From the NCBI GenBank assembly GCA_900553855.1, contig USFG01000003.1, forward strand, positions 12,630 to 76,629: a stretch of 64,000 nucleotides of DNA. Reading direction: 5' to 3'. A program made the translations under genes and the position numbers. This document shows, in pieces, positions 37,768-45,326 of the stretch. Under the pieces are notes generated by a model, which was not told the origin of the DNA, made no database searches, and saw nothing but the letters and a program-made list of their open reading frames with translations. Position 1 is the first letter of the stretch. Each line of letters opens with the position of its first letter. Source of the DNA: an uncultured Mycoplasmatota bacterium (GTDB taxonomy: Bacteria > Bacillota_I > Bacilli_A > RF39 > UBA660).

Positions 37768-38736
37768 TTATATTTTTTGTTGTTTATTAAATCCTAATTT
37801 AATTAACAACTTATCTATAGATAGTAATCTATCTTTTTTATCATCAAAATTATTTAAATTATAATAAACTTTTAAATCAGTTTCTTTTTCAAAATAATTG
37901 ATTTCTTCATCTTTTAAAGCACTGCGATTTAACACTATTTTTATATCATTTAGTTTATCTTTATATTTATTAATATTTTTGATAAATTTTGATATTCTAA
38001 TAATACCAGGCTCTAATAAATAAATAATGTCTGTGCATATGTTATTCTTATCTTCAAATTCATTTAAATCAATAATTATTGCATCTATTCCTTTTAATCC
38101 TTGAATCTTTGTTTCAGCTTCTGTGTAGTCGTTACAAAATATTATATCAGGGTTTCTAAAATACATAGCATCAAAACCATTTAGTTCAATACCTTTAACT
38201 TTATAGTTAAACGCTAATTGTTTAACCATTTGTTGCATTAATGTTGTAGATCCGGCACCTTCACTTAGGTTTTTAATACCTATTATTTTCATTTCATTTA
38301 CTTTAAATGCTGAATTAGTGCTACCGATTGAACTATTTAATTCACTTGTAAATGTTGTTGTTTGAATATATTTTTTTACATCTTCATAAGTATTAGATCT
38401 ATTAACTAAGAAACTAACTCCTTGTGAATTACTTGTAAAATTATAATAACCATTATTAATTAACTGGGTTAAAAATTCTTTACTATTACAATAAGCACTA
38501 TCATTTAAAAGTAAAATTACTTTGTCTTTGCCAAAGTAATTTAAAAATTCAAATAAATCAAAACTTGAAAAATAATTTTTTATTGCAGTTATATCAATTA
38601 TTACTTTGTTAAAATAAAAATTTACTAGTTCTTTTTCAACACTGTTAACGTCATAGACTCCATTTAATACTTTAATAATATCTATTGTTAATGAGTTTAC
38701 TACTCTTGTATTTTCATTTACAATTACTAAATTCAT
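37768..38736 (-). CDS. TadZ/CpaE-like protein: receiver-like N-domain plus ParA/MinD-fold domain with degenerate Walker A
   Basis: The N-terminal ~120 aa have a pseudo-receiver pattern (VIIDIT...KVILLLND). This is followed by IIGIKNLSEGAGSTTLM in place of KGGxGK[ST]T, IIIDL (Walker B-like), and LNRS. Confidence 0.5.
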   Translation of the reverse strand: MNLVIVNENTRVVNSLTIDIIKVLNGVYDVNSVEKELVNFYFNKVIIDITAIKNYFSSFDLFEFLNYFGKDKVILLLNDSAYCNSKEFLTQLINNGYYNFTSNSQGVSFLVNRSNTYEDVKKYIQTTTFTSELNSSIGSTNSAFKVNEMKIIGIKNLSEGAGSTTLMQQMVKQLAFNYKVKGIELNGFDAMYFRNPDIIFCNDYTEAETKIQGLKGIDAIIIDLNEFEDKNNICTDIIYLLEPGIIRISKFIKNINKYKDKLNDIKIVLNRSALKDEEINYFEKETDLKVYYNLNNFDDKKDRLLSIDKLLIKLGFNKQQKI

Positions 38737-38745
38737 ATAACCACC

Positions 38746-39210
38746 TTAATCTTTTGCAAAATATACTGCCTTGCTTTCTCCGGTAACTGGAAATGTAAAT
38801 GCGTTATCTAAAATCGGAATATCAAATTTAAAAAACACGGTTACTCTATAATATTTTCTGTTTAAAGTATCTCCTTCAATCGATCTTTCGTAAACACAAT
38901 ATTTATATTTATCAGCATTTCCTTGTTTTTCATATCCCGTTAATTTACCATTTATTGCTCCATCTAGATAATCATCTCCAGTATCAGTACACTTACCATA
39001 TACATAATATCCTGTACTGTTAAGATATTTTACTATTTTTTCCTGAGTTTTATCTGTTAATCCTTCATTTTCTTCAATTAAAGATATAATTTCATTTTTA
39101 ACTTTAAAAGCTTTTGAGTAATTAACAGATAGAGCAAGATAACTAGTGAATAATACAACAAAAGTAATTACAATTCCAACTAGCCAGGCTCCACCAATTG
39201 ACTCTCTCAT
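38746..39210 (-). CDS. TadE-like pseudopilin candidate
   Basis: Short charged leader MRESIGG followed by a hydrophobic helix AWLVGIVITFVVLFTSYLAL. The leader resembles that of the upstream Flp-like gene (KEASGE). Confidence 0.4.
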   Translation of the reverse strand: MRESIGGAWLVGIVITFVVLFTSYLALSVNYSKAFKVKNEIISLIEENEGLTDKTQEKIVKYLNSTGYYVYGKCTDTGDDYLDGAINGKLTGYEKQGNADKYKYCVYERSIEGDTLNRKYYRVTVFFKFDIPILDNAFTFPVTGESKAVYFAKD

Positions 39211-39224
39211 ACTATCTTATAATA

Positions 39225-39488
39225 CTATCCATTATTTGTGTTTGAACTTGTATCTTTTTCAACTGGGCAAACAACATCTTTCATATCGCCATTAGCATCA
39301 TAATATTTACATTTACAAGTACTTTCATTTCCAGAACATTCACAATTAAATTTATTAGCACATTTTGTTTGATTTAAAATATTTACCTTTATTTGTGGCC
39401 AAACAAGTGCTGTAAAAACACCTCCAATAGCCGCAATAGCAACAACTGTGATAGCTGTCATACTTAATTCTCCTGATGCTTCTTTCAT
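39225..39488 (-). CDS. Flp-like small pilin candidate with Cys-rich C-terminus
   Basis: Strong AAGGAGGA SD. The leader MKEASGE is followed by LSMTAITVVAIAAIGGVFTALVW (compare Flp ...G/VTAIEYGLIA, but without EY). The C-terminal part carries 6 Cys. Confidence 0.45.
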   Translation of the reverse strand: MKEASGELSMTAITVVAIAAIGGVFTALVWPQIKVNILNQTKCANKFNCECSGNESTCKCKYYDANGDMKDVVCPVEKDTSSNTNNG

Positions 39489-39528
39489 ATATAAATTCCT
39501 CCTTTATTTTATAATTTTATTATATATC

Positions 39529-39563
39529 AAAAAAAATAAACTATCAATATAATTTGACAGTTT
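39529..39563 (-). terminator. Rho-independent terminator after pilin-like paralogue 3
   Basis: 10-position stem TAAACTATCA/TGACAGTTTA (39537-39546 / 39554-39563, one mismatch) followed on the minus strand by T8. Confidence 0.5.
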
Positions 39564-39578
39564 ATATGTTAAGAGTAA

Positions 39579-39989
39579 TTATTTATTATTTGATTTTGGA
39601 CAATTACTTGGATTAGATATGCATGCTAAACAAGTTTTGTAGTCAGCCGGTTGTTTATTGAAAGCATCTACAACAAGATTAACAAATGTTGGTAAAAAGA
39701 ATACTGCAAAGCCTATTACTATTCTTTTTCCAAGTGTAATTATTTGATTTTTTAAATCATCATCTTTACCGCTTGTTACTGCTTTATATAAATCAAATGT
39801 TCCCATTGCTATTATTAATAATGGCACTATTGTTCTTACTATTAAGATTGAGTAAGACACTAATTTTAATGTGCTTCCAAAATCTGAGCAAAAATTGTTT
39901 GCTACAGGAGCTTCATTTTCTGCTAGTACATTAATATAACTAAAATTTAATAATAAAATTAATAATTTACTCATAATCATATTTTTCAT
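39579..39989 (-). CDS. VirB2/TrbC-like pilin-type membrane protein, paralogue 3
   Basis: Signal peptide (..NVLA/ENE), NFCSDFGST, TM1, the loop GTFDLYKAVTSGKDDDLKNQ (near-identical to paralogue 2), TM2, and a C-terminal KTCLACISNPSNC. Confidence 0.55.
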   Translation of the reverse strand: MKNMIMSKLLILLLNFSYINVLAENEAPVANNFCSDFGSTLKLVSYSILIVRTIVPLLIIAMGTFDLYKAVTSGKDDDLKNQIITLGKRIVIGFAVFFLPTFVNLVVDAFNKQPADYKTCLACISNPSNCPKSNNK

Positions 39990-41121
39990 CCGCCTTTGCT
40001 GGTATCATATTTTTTATAAATTTAAAGGCTACTACGCCAATAATTCCTATGATTAATAATATTAATAAAATAGTTAAGAAATTACTTTTCTTCTTTGGTA
40101 CTACTACTGTTTCTTTAATAATATTAAAATAAAATGTTTTTTCAGTTAAATCTTCAGCTATTACTTTAACAGTAACTATACTACCATTTACTAAATCACT
40201 ATTGTCATTTATTTCATATGTTGCGTTTTCATCCTCTAATTCAATATTAAAATTTAATGAATTTGTATCTTGGTTTACTACTACATCATAATTTTGTTTA
40301 TTATTATCAAAATCTAAATTGTAATTTTCAATTGTTATATTTTTGATATTGATATTATTTGATAGTGCTTTATAAGTTAAGTTGATAGTATAATCTTTAA
40401 TACTTCCGTCTTCAGCTGTTACAGTAATAATTATGGGATTAATAATACTTATTGGATCATTATTTCTTACATTTACAGTAGCTTTATCTGATTCGGTTTC
40501 ATATTTTATATCTATTTTATTAACTGTTTTATCTATAACTATTTCATAGGTTAATTGTTCTTTATAAAAGTTAATTGTGTATCCTTCAATTGTTAGACTT
40601 TTTAAAAAGGCATTACTATCTTTAACTAGGGCTGTTGTCGTTGTCGTAGTTGTGGTTGTTTTGGTTGGCTTAGTAGTTCTTCTTTTGGTTGTGGTTGTTG
40701 TTCTTTTAGTTGTTTTTGTTTTTTTAGTTGTTGGTTTAGTTGTTGTTTTTTTAGGTATATATATAGATCCATCTGAAACCTTGTCACAATCATAGGCATA
40801 AGTAATACCACAATATGTTTCGGAGCTATTTGAACATGCTCCTTGATAATCATTACAACCAGACGAAATAACATATTGATAATAATCTTCATTACCATTT
40901 GAACAACTAACTGTATTTCCTCTTACAAACAATTTTTGAGTTTGCCATTGACCTTTATCACATTTTGCCTTTATACAATAATTGATACTTCCAGAACCAC
41001 TAGAAATTATTCCTTTAGTTTGAAAATTTGTGCAGTCAAAATAGTTACTACCAAATTTTAGATTAGCACCAAACACGGTTAATGGAAATAATAAACATAT
41101 AAGTAATATTATCTTTTTCAT
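39967..41121 (-). CDS. Surface protein: Cys-rich N-domain, Thr/Lys-rich stalk, two cadherin-like beta-sandwich repeats, C-terminal TM anchor
   Basis: Has a signal peptide and a stalk TTTKPTTKKTKTTKRTTTTTKRRTTKPTKTTTTTTTTT. The beta-sandwich repeats read LKSLTIEGYTINF...YEIVID...VTAEDGSIKDYTINL and IKNITIENYNLDF...VKVIAEDLTEKTFYFNI. The anchor is FLTILLILLIIGIIGVVAF. Confidence 0.7.
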   Translation of the reverse strand: MKKIILLICLLFPLTVFGANLKFGSNYFDCTNFQTKGIISSGSGSINYCIKAKCDKGQWQTQKLFVRGNTVSCSNGNEDYYQYVISSGCNDYQGACSNSSETYCGITYAYDCDKVSDGSIYIPKKTTTKPTTKKTKTTKRTTTTTKRRTTKPTKTTTTTTTTTALVKDSNAFLKSLTIEGYTINFYKEQLTYEIVIDKTVNKIDIKYETESDKATVNVRNNDPISIINPIIITVTAEDGSIKDYTINLTYKALSNNINIKNITIENYNLDFDNNKQNYDVVVNQDTNSLNFNIELEDENATYEINDNSDLVNGSIVTVKVIAEDLTEKTFYFNIIKETVVVPKKKSNFLTILLILLIIGIIGVVAFKFIKNMIPAKADEKYDYE

Positions 41122-41135
41122 AACAACCTCTTTCC

Positions 41136-41163
41136 AAAAAAATAATACCGTAATGGTATTATT
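41136..41163 (-). terminator. Rho-independent terminator after 41206..41823
   Basis: 9-bp stem AATAATACC/GGTATTATT (41141-41149 / 41155-41163) with a 5-nt loop and T7 on the minus strand. Confidence 0.55.
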
Positions 41164-41205
41164 TCACCAAGACCTATAATAATAATATCATAATATTATT
41201 ATTTT

Positions 41206-41823
41206 TTAAATCTTTTTAAACACATTTTTCTTATCTACAACATATAAAAGTGCTGTTACAGCAATGCCGATTGTTCCAAGTGCTATAAAATAATCTTCAA
41301 CACCTGTTTCTTTGTTATCAGTTGTACCTGTATCTTTTGTAGTATCGCCATCTTTGTTTCCACTATTTGTAGTTGTAGTAGTTGTTGTACTATATGGTTT
41401 TTTATTATCATCAGTACTTCCTGCTAAATAATCACAATCAAATTTATAAATTCTTGTTGCATATAATTTACTTTCATTTTCATCAGCAGTACATGCACTG
41501 CCATTTTCAATTGATTTTCCTTTTGTTCCATCAACTACATTGTTATAGTATGGATTAGTATTACCATTTGCACATGTTAATGTACTTGCAATAGCACTAT
41601 TCATAATAGTATAAACTCTTTTGCCATTAGTACATGTTATTTCTAATCCTTCAATGTAGAAACCGTTTGTAGCATTTTTTATACTTTCATTAAGTTTAAG
41701 TGATTCTTCAACTTGTGGTTTTGCATCTGCTGCTGCTCCAATTGCTTGAGTACTGCTACTAACCTCAGCTCTAACTGCCAAAGGCATAACTAATAACAAT
41801 CCTAAAATAAACATCTTTTTCAT
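41206..41823 (-). CDS. Surface protein with the same Cys-rich N-domain, Thr-rich stalk and C-terminal TM anchor
   Basis: Start at ATG 41823 behind a GGAGGAAAG SD. Has a signal peptide (..AVRA/E). The domain ...TCANGNTNPYYNNVV..GSAC....YKFDCD is paralogous to 39967..41121 (..SCSNGNEDYYQYVI..GAC...YAYDCD). Confidence 0.6.
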   Translation of the reverse strand: MKKMFILGLLLVMPLAVRAEVSSSTQAIGAAADAKPQVEESLKLNESIKNATNGFYIEGLEITCTNGKRVYTIMNSAIASTLTCANGNTNPYYNNVVDGTKGKSIENGSACTADENESKLYATRIYKFDCDYLAGSTDDNKKPYSTTTTTTTNSGNKDGDTTKDTGTTDNKETGVEDYFIALGTIGIAVTALLYVVDKKNVFKKI

Positions 41824-41925
41824 ATTTCTTTCCTCCATTTATTCCTTGCTTACTTTACTTTTCTATTAAACTATTAATAGTATACCATAAAATTTTATAA
41901 ATAAACATATAATTTTTTTATTTAT

Positions 41926-42732
41926 TTAAGATTTTTTACCACTTTTAGTATCAATTGTTTCATCATAATATTTGCTATCATAAATTGTTACTCTATGAAT
42001 ATCTATTTTGTTTTTCTTTTTATAACTTAAATAATAGATACTATCACTTGAAATATTTAGTTTATTATTAAAAGATAAATCATAATCTTCAATTAATGTT
42101 AATTCTTGTCCTATGACAAATGGAACTTCGTAAATAATTTTAAAATCATCATTTAGGGTGTAAACATAATGTCTACTTGTTGAATAGTCATTAGCGTTAA
42201 TATTAGTATCAATTACTAAATATTCTTTATTATCTAATCCTTTTATTTTATTAAAATGAATATTATCTAATTTTATACTTCCTAGTTCACTATAAGTTTC
42301 TTTAGTATCATTTATTTTAATTACTTTACTTAATTTAGTATTGTTAAAATACAATTCTAGATAATAACTATAATAAACATTATTTTCTTTATCTTCATTT
42401 TCTTCTTGATATATTACATATCTAATACCTACTTCATTATCATTTAATTTAATACTTGTAAAACTATTATCACTTTGAACTATTTTCATATCTCTAACAA
42501 CATAATTATCTTTGATATTTTTAAGTGTATCATAATCTTTTCTATTAAAGGTTTTATATAATTTTTCATTTATTTTGGTATTACTTACTATATTATCTTC
42601 ATTAATATTCTTTTCTTTTTTCTTATTAATTGCTTTGTATAACACGATACTAAGTAATGCGATTATTATGCATAACATGATTATTAAGACAATATATTCC
42701 CAATTTTTAAATTCTTTTTCTTTTTCCATCAA
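41926..42732 (-). CDS. Bitopic membrane protein, first gene of the T4SS-like locus
   Basis: N-terminal TM helix (YIVLIIMLCIIIALLSIVLY) and a beta-rich ~220-aa external part. No recognisable family. Confidence 0.5.
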   Translation of the reverse strand: MMEKEKEFKNWEYIVLIIMLCIIIALLSIVLYKAINKKKEKNINEDNIVSNTKINEKLYKTFNRKDYDTLKNIKDNYVVRDMKIVQSDNSFTSIKLNDNEVGIRYVIYQEENEDKENNVYYSYYLELYFNNTKLSKVIKINDTKETYSELGSIKLDNIHFNKIKGLDNKEYLVIDTNINANDYSTSRHYVYTLNDDFKIIYEVPFVIGQELTLIEDYDLSFNNKLNISSDSIYYLSYKKKNKIDIHRVTIYDSKYYDETIDTKSGKKS

Positions 42733-42757
42733 TTATCAACCTCTTTGCTACAATTAA

Positions 42758-42786
42758 ATATTATCAATTTAAATATATTTATTCAA
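42758..42786 (-). promoter_or_regulatory. Sigma-A-type promoter of the T4SS-like locus
   Basis: On the minus strand: TTGAAT (42786-42781), a 17-nt spacer, then TAATAT (42763-42758). Lies directly downstream of the dnaI terminator and ~25 nt upstream of the AGAGG SD. Confidence 0.4.
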
Positions 42787-42809
42787 GAAAAAAGCAGTTA
42801 TTCTGCTTT
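42787..42809 (-). terminator. Rho-independent terminator of the dnaB-dnaI operon
   Basis: Stem AAAGCAG/CTGCTTT (42791-42797 / 42803-42809) with loop TTATT and a T-run on the minus strand. Confidence 0.55.
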
Positions 42810-43005
42810 AAGTTTATTATAAGTTATTAAAAAGAAATTATAATATCTATATTCAGTATTCAGTGCATTTATAATAAAAATCTTTTAATACCAGTCACGA
42901 TTTTAATCAATCCAATTATATGCTATTTAAATTATCTTTTCAAAATTTTATTGAGAATTTTGCCACTTTTACTACTTTTTTTCAATGAAACACTAATAAT
43001 ACAAA

Positions 43006-43917
43006 CTACTTTCTTCTATTTTCTCCTATTAATTCTTTATTATTAGTTAAAAATTTAATTCTTTCCATTATTCGTCTAGCCTTAATTTTTTCTTCTTCAT
43101 TATTTTTAATAATAAAATGTTCTTCTAATTCATTTAATGTTAAGTTAGATGTAAAAAATGTACTTAGCTTATTATCCATTCGATATTGTAAAATAGTTCC
43201 TAAAATTTCATCTCTATTCCATAAAGAGGTTGCTTCAGCTCCAATATCATCTAATAGTAATAAATCACACTTCTTTATTTCATTAAGTCGATCATTAAAA
43301 TCCTCATTGCCAAATCCTTCTTTTAAACTTCTAAGTAGTTCAGGATAATAAACAATAATAGAATTATATCCATCTTTAGCAAGTTCGTTTAATAAAGCAC
43401 TTACAATAAATGTTTTACCAGAACCAAAAGAACCACTTAAATATAAACCTTTTTGTTTATTATCTTTTTTATAATCTTTATAAAATTTAGTTATCCATTT
43501 AATCAGTTCTACTCTATCTTTACTTGATGGGTCAATATCCTTAATTCTTGCTTTTTTAATTTCATATGGCATTTCAAAAAATTTAGATTTAATTTCTTCT
43601 TTTTCTTGTAAATCTTTTTTCATATATTTGCAAGCAACATAATTAAAATCAATCTTTCCTTCTAGTACTTTAGGATAATAAACACAACCTAGACATTTAT
43701 TTTTACAGCCTAATAATCCTTTACAATTTTTACAGTTATTAAGTTCATTAACACTTCTTTCTAATTTAGATGTATATTTATATGCTATATCATCTTTAAT
43801 TTTTAAAGAAACTACTAACTTTTTAAAGTCTTCATTTTTTAAAGCTTCAATATAATCTTTTTTTAAAGACATTTCTAAATTATTATTTTTGTAATTATTA
43901 ATATTTAATTTATCCAT
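43006..43917 (-). CDS. dnaI: Primosomal helicase loader DnaI
   Basis: N-terminal Cys cluster (CKNCKGLLGCKNKCLGC), Walker A GSFGSGKTF and Walker B LLLLDDIGAE. Has a 1-nt overlap with dnaB. Confidence 0.88.
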   Translation of the reverse strand: MDKLNINNYKNNNLEMSLKKDYIEALKNEDFKKLVVSLKIKDDIAYKYTSKLERSVNELNNCKNCKGLLGCKNKCLGCVYYPKVLEGKIDFNYVACKYMKKDLQEKEEIKSKFFEMPYEIKKARIKDIDPSSKDRVELIKWITKFYKDYKKDNKQKGLYLSGSFGSGKTFIVSALLNELAKDGYNSIIVYYPELLRSLKEGFGNEDFNDRLNEIKKCDLLLLDDIGAEATSLWNRDEILGTILQYRMDNKLSTFFTSNLTLNELEEHFIIKNNEEEKIKARRIMERIKFLTNNKELIGENRRK

Positions 43918-45191
43918 TATTTAAACTCCTTAAGTAATGCTTCTATTTCTTTCTTTTCTTCTTCACTTACATTTATATCTTTTTGTTCATTATCAAACCA
44001 AGTTGGTAATTTAACACTCTTATTAATTTCTTTTTTAGGTTTCTTTTTATATTCTTTTTTAGCTTGATTCATTGCTTCTCTGGCTGTTTTAATACCTAGT
44101 CTAGTCCATTGTCCAGCAATAGTTTCAACATAAGCTTTATTAAGTTTATTGTCACTTATTCTTAAAACATAATCGATTAATACGTTAATAACAGCTGGAG
44201 GCATATTTAATTCAAGGGCTAAATATTCTAATAATTTTAAATCTCTAGGGGTAGGATTATTATTTTTATATTTACTTTTTAAGAAATCATATGGGGTTGT
44301 ATTTTCAAAAATATAAACCATTTTACCAGCACTTGATAAATCTCCTTCAGGACTTTTTAAATGTTCAGGCTGTGTTCTATAAATAATTGTAGGTAAACTT
44401 CCACCATTATTATATTCATAATATTTTCTTACTTCTTTAATAAATAAGTCTTTATTAATAAGCCCGTTTTCATCAATTGTTAATCTTAATATTTCACTTA
44501 CTTTAAGTGTATCTAGGTTATAAATGAACGCTAGATTATTAATTAATTCTTTTGTTTTTTTATTAAAAGCATTATTACCTAACACTTTATTAGGAATGCT
44601 TTCTTTTAAAACATCAAAATCAATTAAATTATCTAATTTAGGTTTATTACTATTTTTATTTTTAATATTTTCATTGCTGAAATTATTATAGGCACTGCTT
44701 TTAAAGGTATCATTTAATTTACTAGATATATCTTTATAGTCATCATATTTAAAGTTAACTTTTTTATAAGATTTAATTAAGTTATTATATTCATTTACTC
44801 CTAAGTTATTGTATAACACTATATTTAAAATAGGATGGTTAAAGAATTCATAGGCACTTATTGGAGAATATAGTTCATAGATATAATAATTAATATTATC
44901 TCCTTCTTTATAGTATGTTTTAATTAAACCTAATGCTTCTAAGGCACTTCTGGCTTCTTTAATATCGTTTAAGTTACTTTTTAAAAAGGTCATTAAATGA
45001 TGATGATTATAGGAATCACTAAATGTTAAGGTTCTATCTAAATCGCTCCATAGTGTTAAATATAAACTAATTGCAAGAGGGCCTATTATTGGCTCATATA
45101 AATTAATTAAATTAACTTTATCATTGTCTGTTAATATAGTTTTGTTAACCACTACATAATTATCTGCTGGTAATAAAGTTATCTCATTCAT
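43917..45191 (-). CDS. dnaB: Replication initiation/membrane attachment protein DnaB (DnaD-domain family)
   Basis: LINLYEPIIGPLAISLYLTLWSDLD matches the B. subtilis DnaB N-terminus (LYQPLIGPVAFSLYMTLW). Start at ATG 45191 behind GAAAGAAGG. Confidence 0.85.
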   Translation of the reverse strand: MNEITLLPADNYVVVNKTILTDNDKVNLINLYEPIIGPLAISLYLTLWSDLDRTLTFSDSYNHHHLMTFLKSNLNDIKEARSALEALGLIKTYYKEGDNINYYIYELYSPISAYEFFNHPILNIVLYNNLGVNEYNNLIKSYKKVNFKYDDYKDISSKLNDTFKSSAYNNFSNENIKNKNSNKPKLDNLIDFDVLKESIPNKVLGNNAFNKKTKELINNLAFIYNLDTLKVSEILRLTIDENGLINKDLFIKEVRKYYEYNNGGSLPTIIYRTQPEHLKSPEGDLSSAGKMVYIFENTTPYDFLKSKYKNNNPTPRDLKLLEYLALELNMPPAVINVLIDYVLRISDNKLNKAYVETIAGQWTRLGIKTAREAMNQAKKEYKKKPKKEINKSVKLPTWFDNEQKDINVSEEEKKEIEALLKEFK

Positions 45192-45326
45192 ATGTAAGCC
45201 TTCTTTCAACTTCTATTTTATTATTTAAGTAAACCAAAAGCAAGAATAATATTTAAATAATTTATGTATTTATTAATACTTAACTATTTTAAAATAAAAT
45301 GTTATTATTAATTTAATGGAGGTAGT

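Larger units (their letters stand above)
23905..42786 (-). other. Type IV secretion-like gene cluster (19 co-oriented genes) bounded by a promoter (42758-42786) and a terminator (23905-23930)
   Basis: Contains VirD4, a split VirB4, VirB3-like, VirB6-like and hydrolase genes, VirB2-like paralogues, Tad-like genes and surface proteins. No relaxase or integrase was recognised. Confidence 0.75.

Noticed and set aside
40577-40898. ORFs 40577-40795 (+, poly-Val) and 40626-40898 (-, Gln/Lys-rich) in the Thr-rich stalk region. I also considered whether the stalk is a phase-variable simple-sequence repeat.
   Set aside because: These are alternative-frame or antisense readings of the (ACN)n Thr-coding tract. 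The tract uses mixed codons and is not a perfect microsatellite. The A7-type homopolymers are ordinary for this composition, so there is no evidence of slippage-based switching.
23844-42810. Direct repeats (att sites), a tRNA integration target, or an integrase/excisionase at the borders of the T4SS-like locus.
   Set aside because: By eye, none were found in the two short flanking intergenic regions. An exhaustive repeat search was not possible without tools, so this is absence of evidence only.
43006-45209. The possibility that dnaB/dnaI belong to the mobile or T4SS-like element as phage/ICE-type replication genes.
   Set aside because: A strong terminator plus promoter (42787-42809 and 42758-42786) separates them from the locus. 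The order dnaB-dnaI...ytxB-like...thrS mirrors the Bacillus chromosomal arrangement. DnaB also aligns with the chromosomal DnaB N-terminus.
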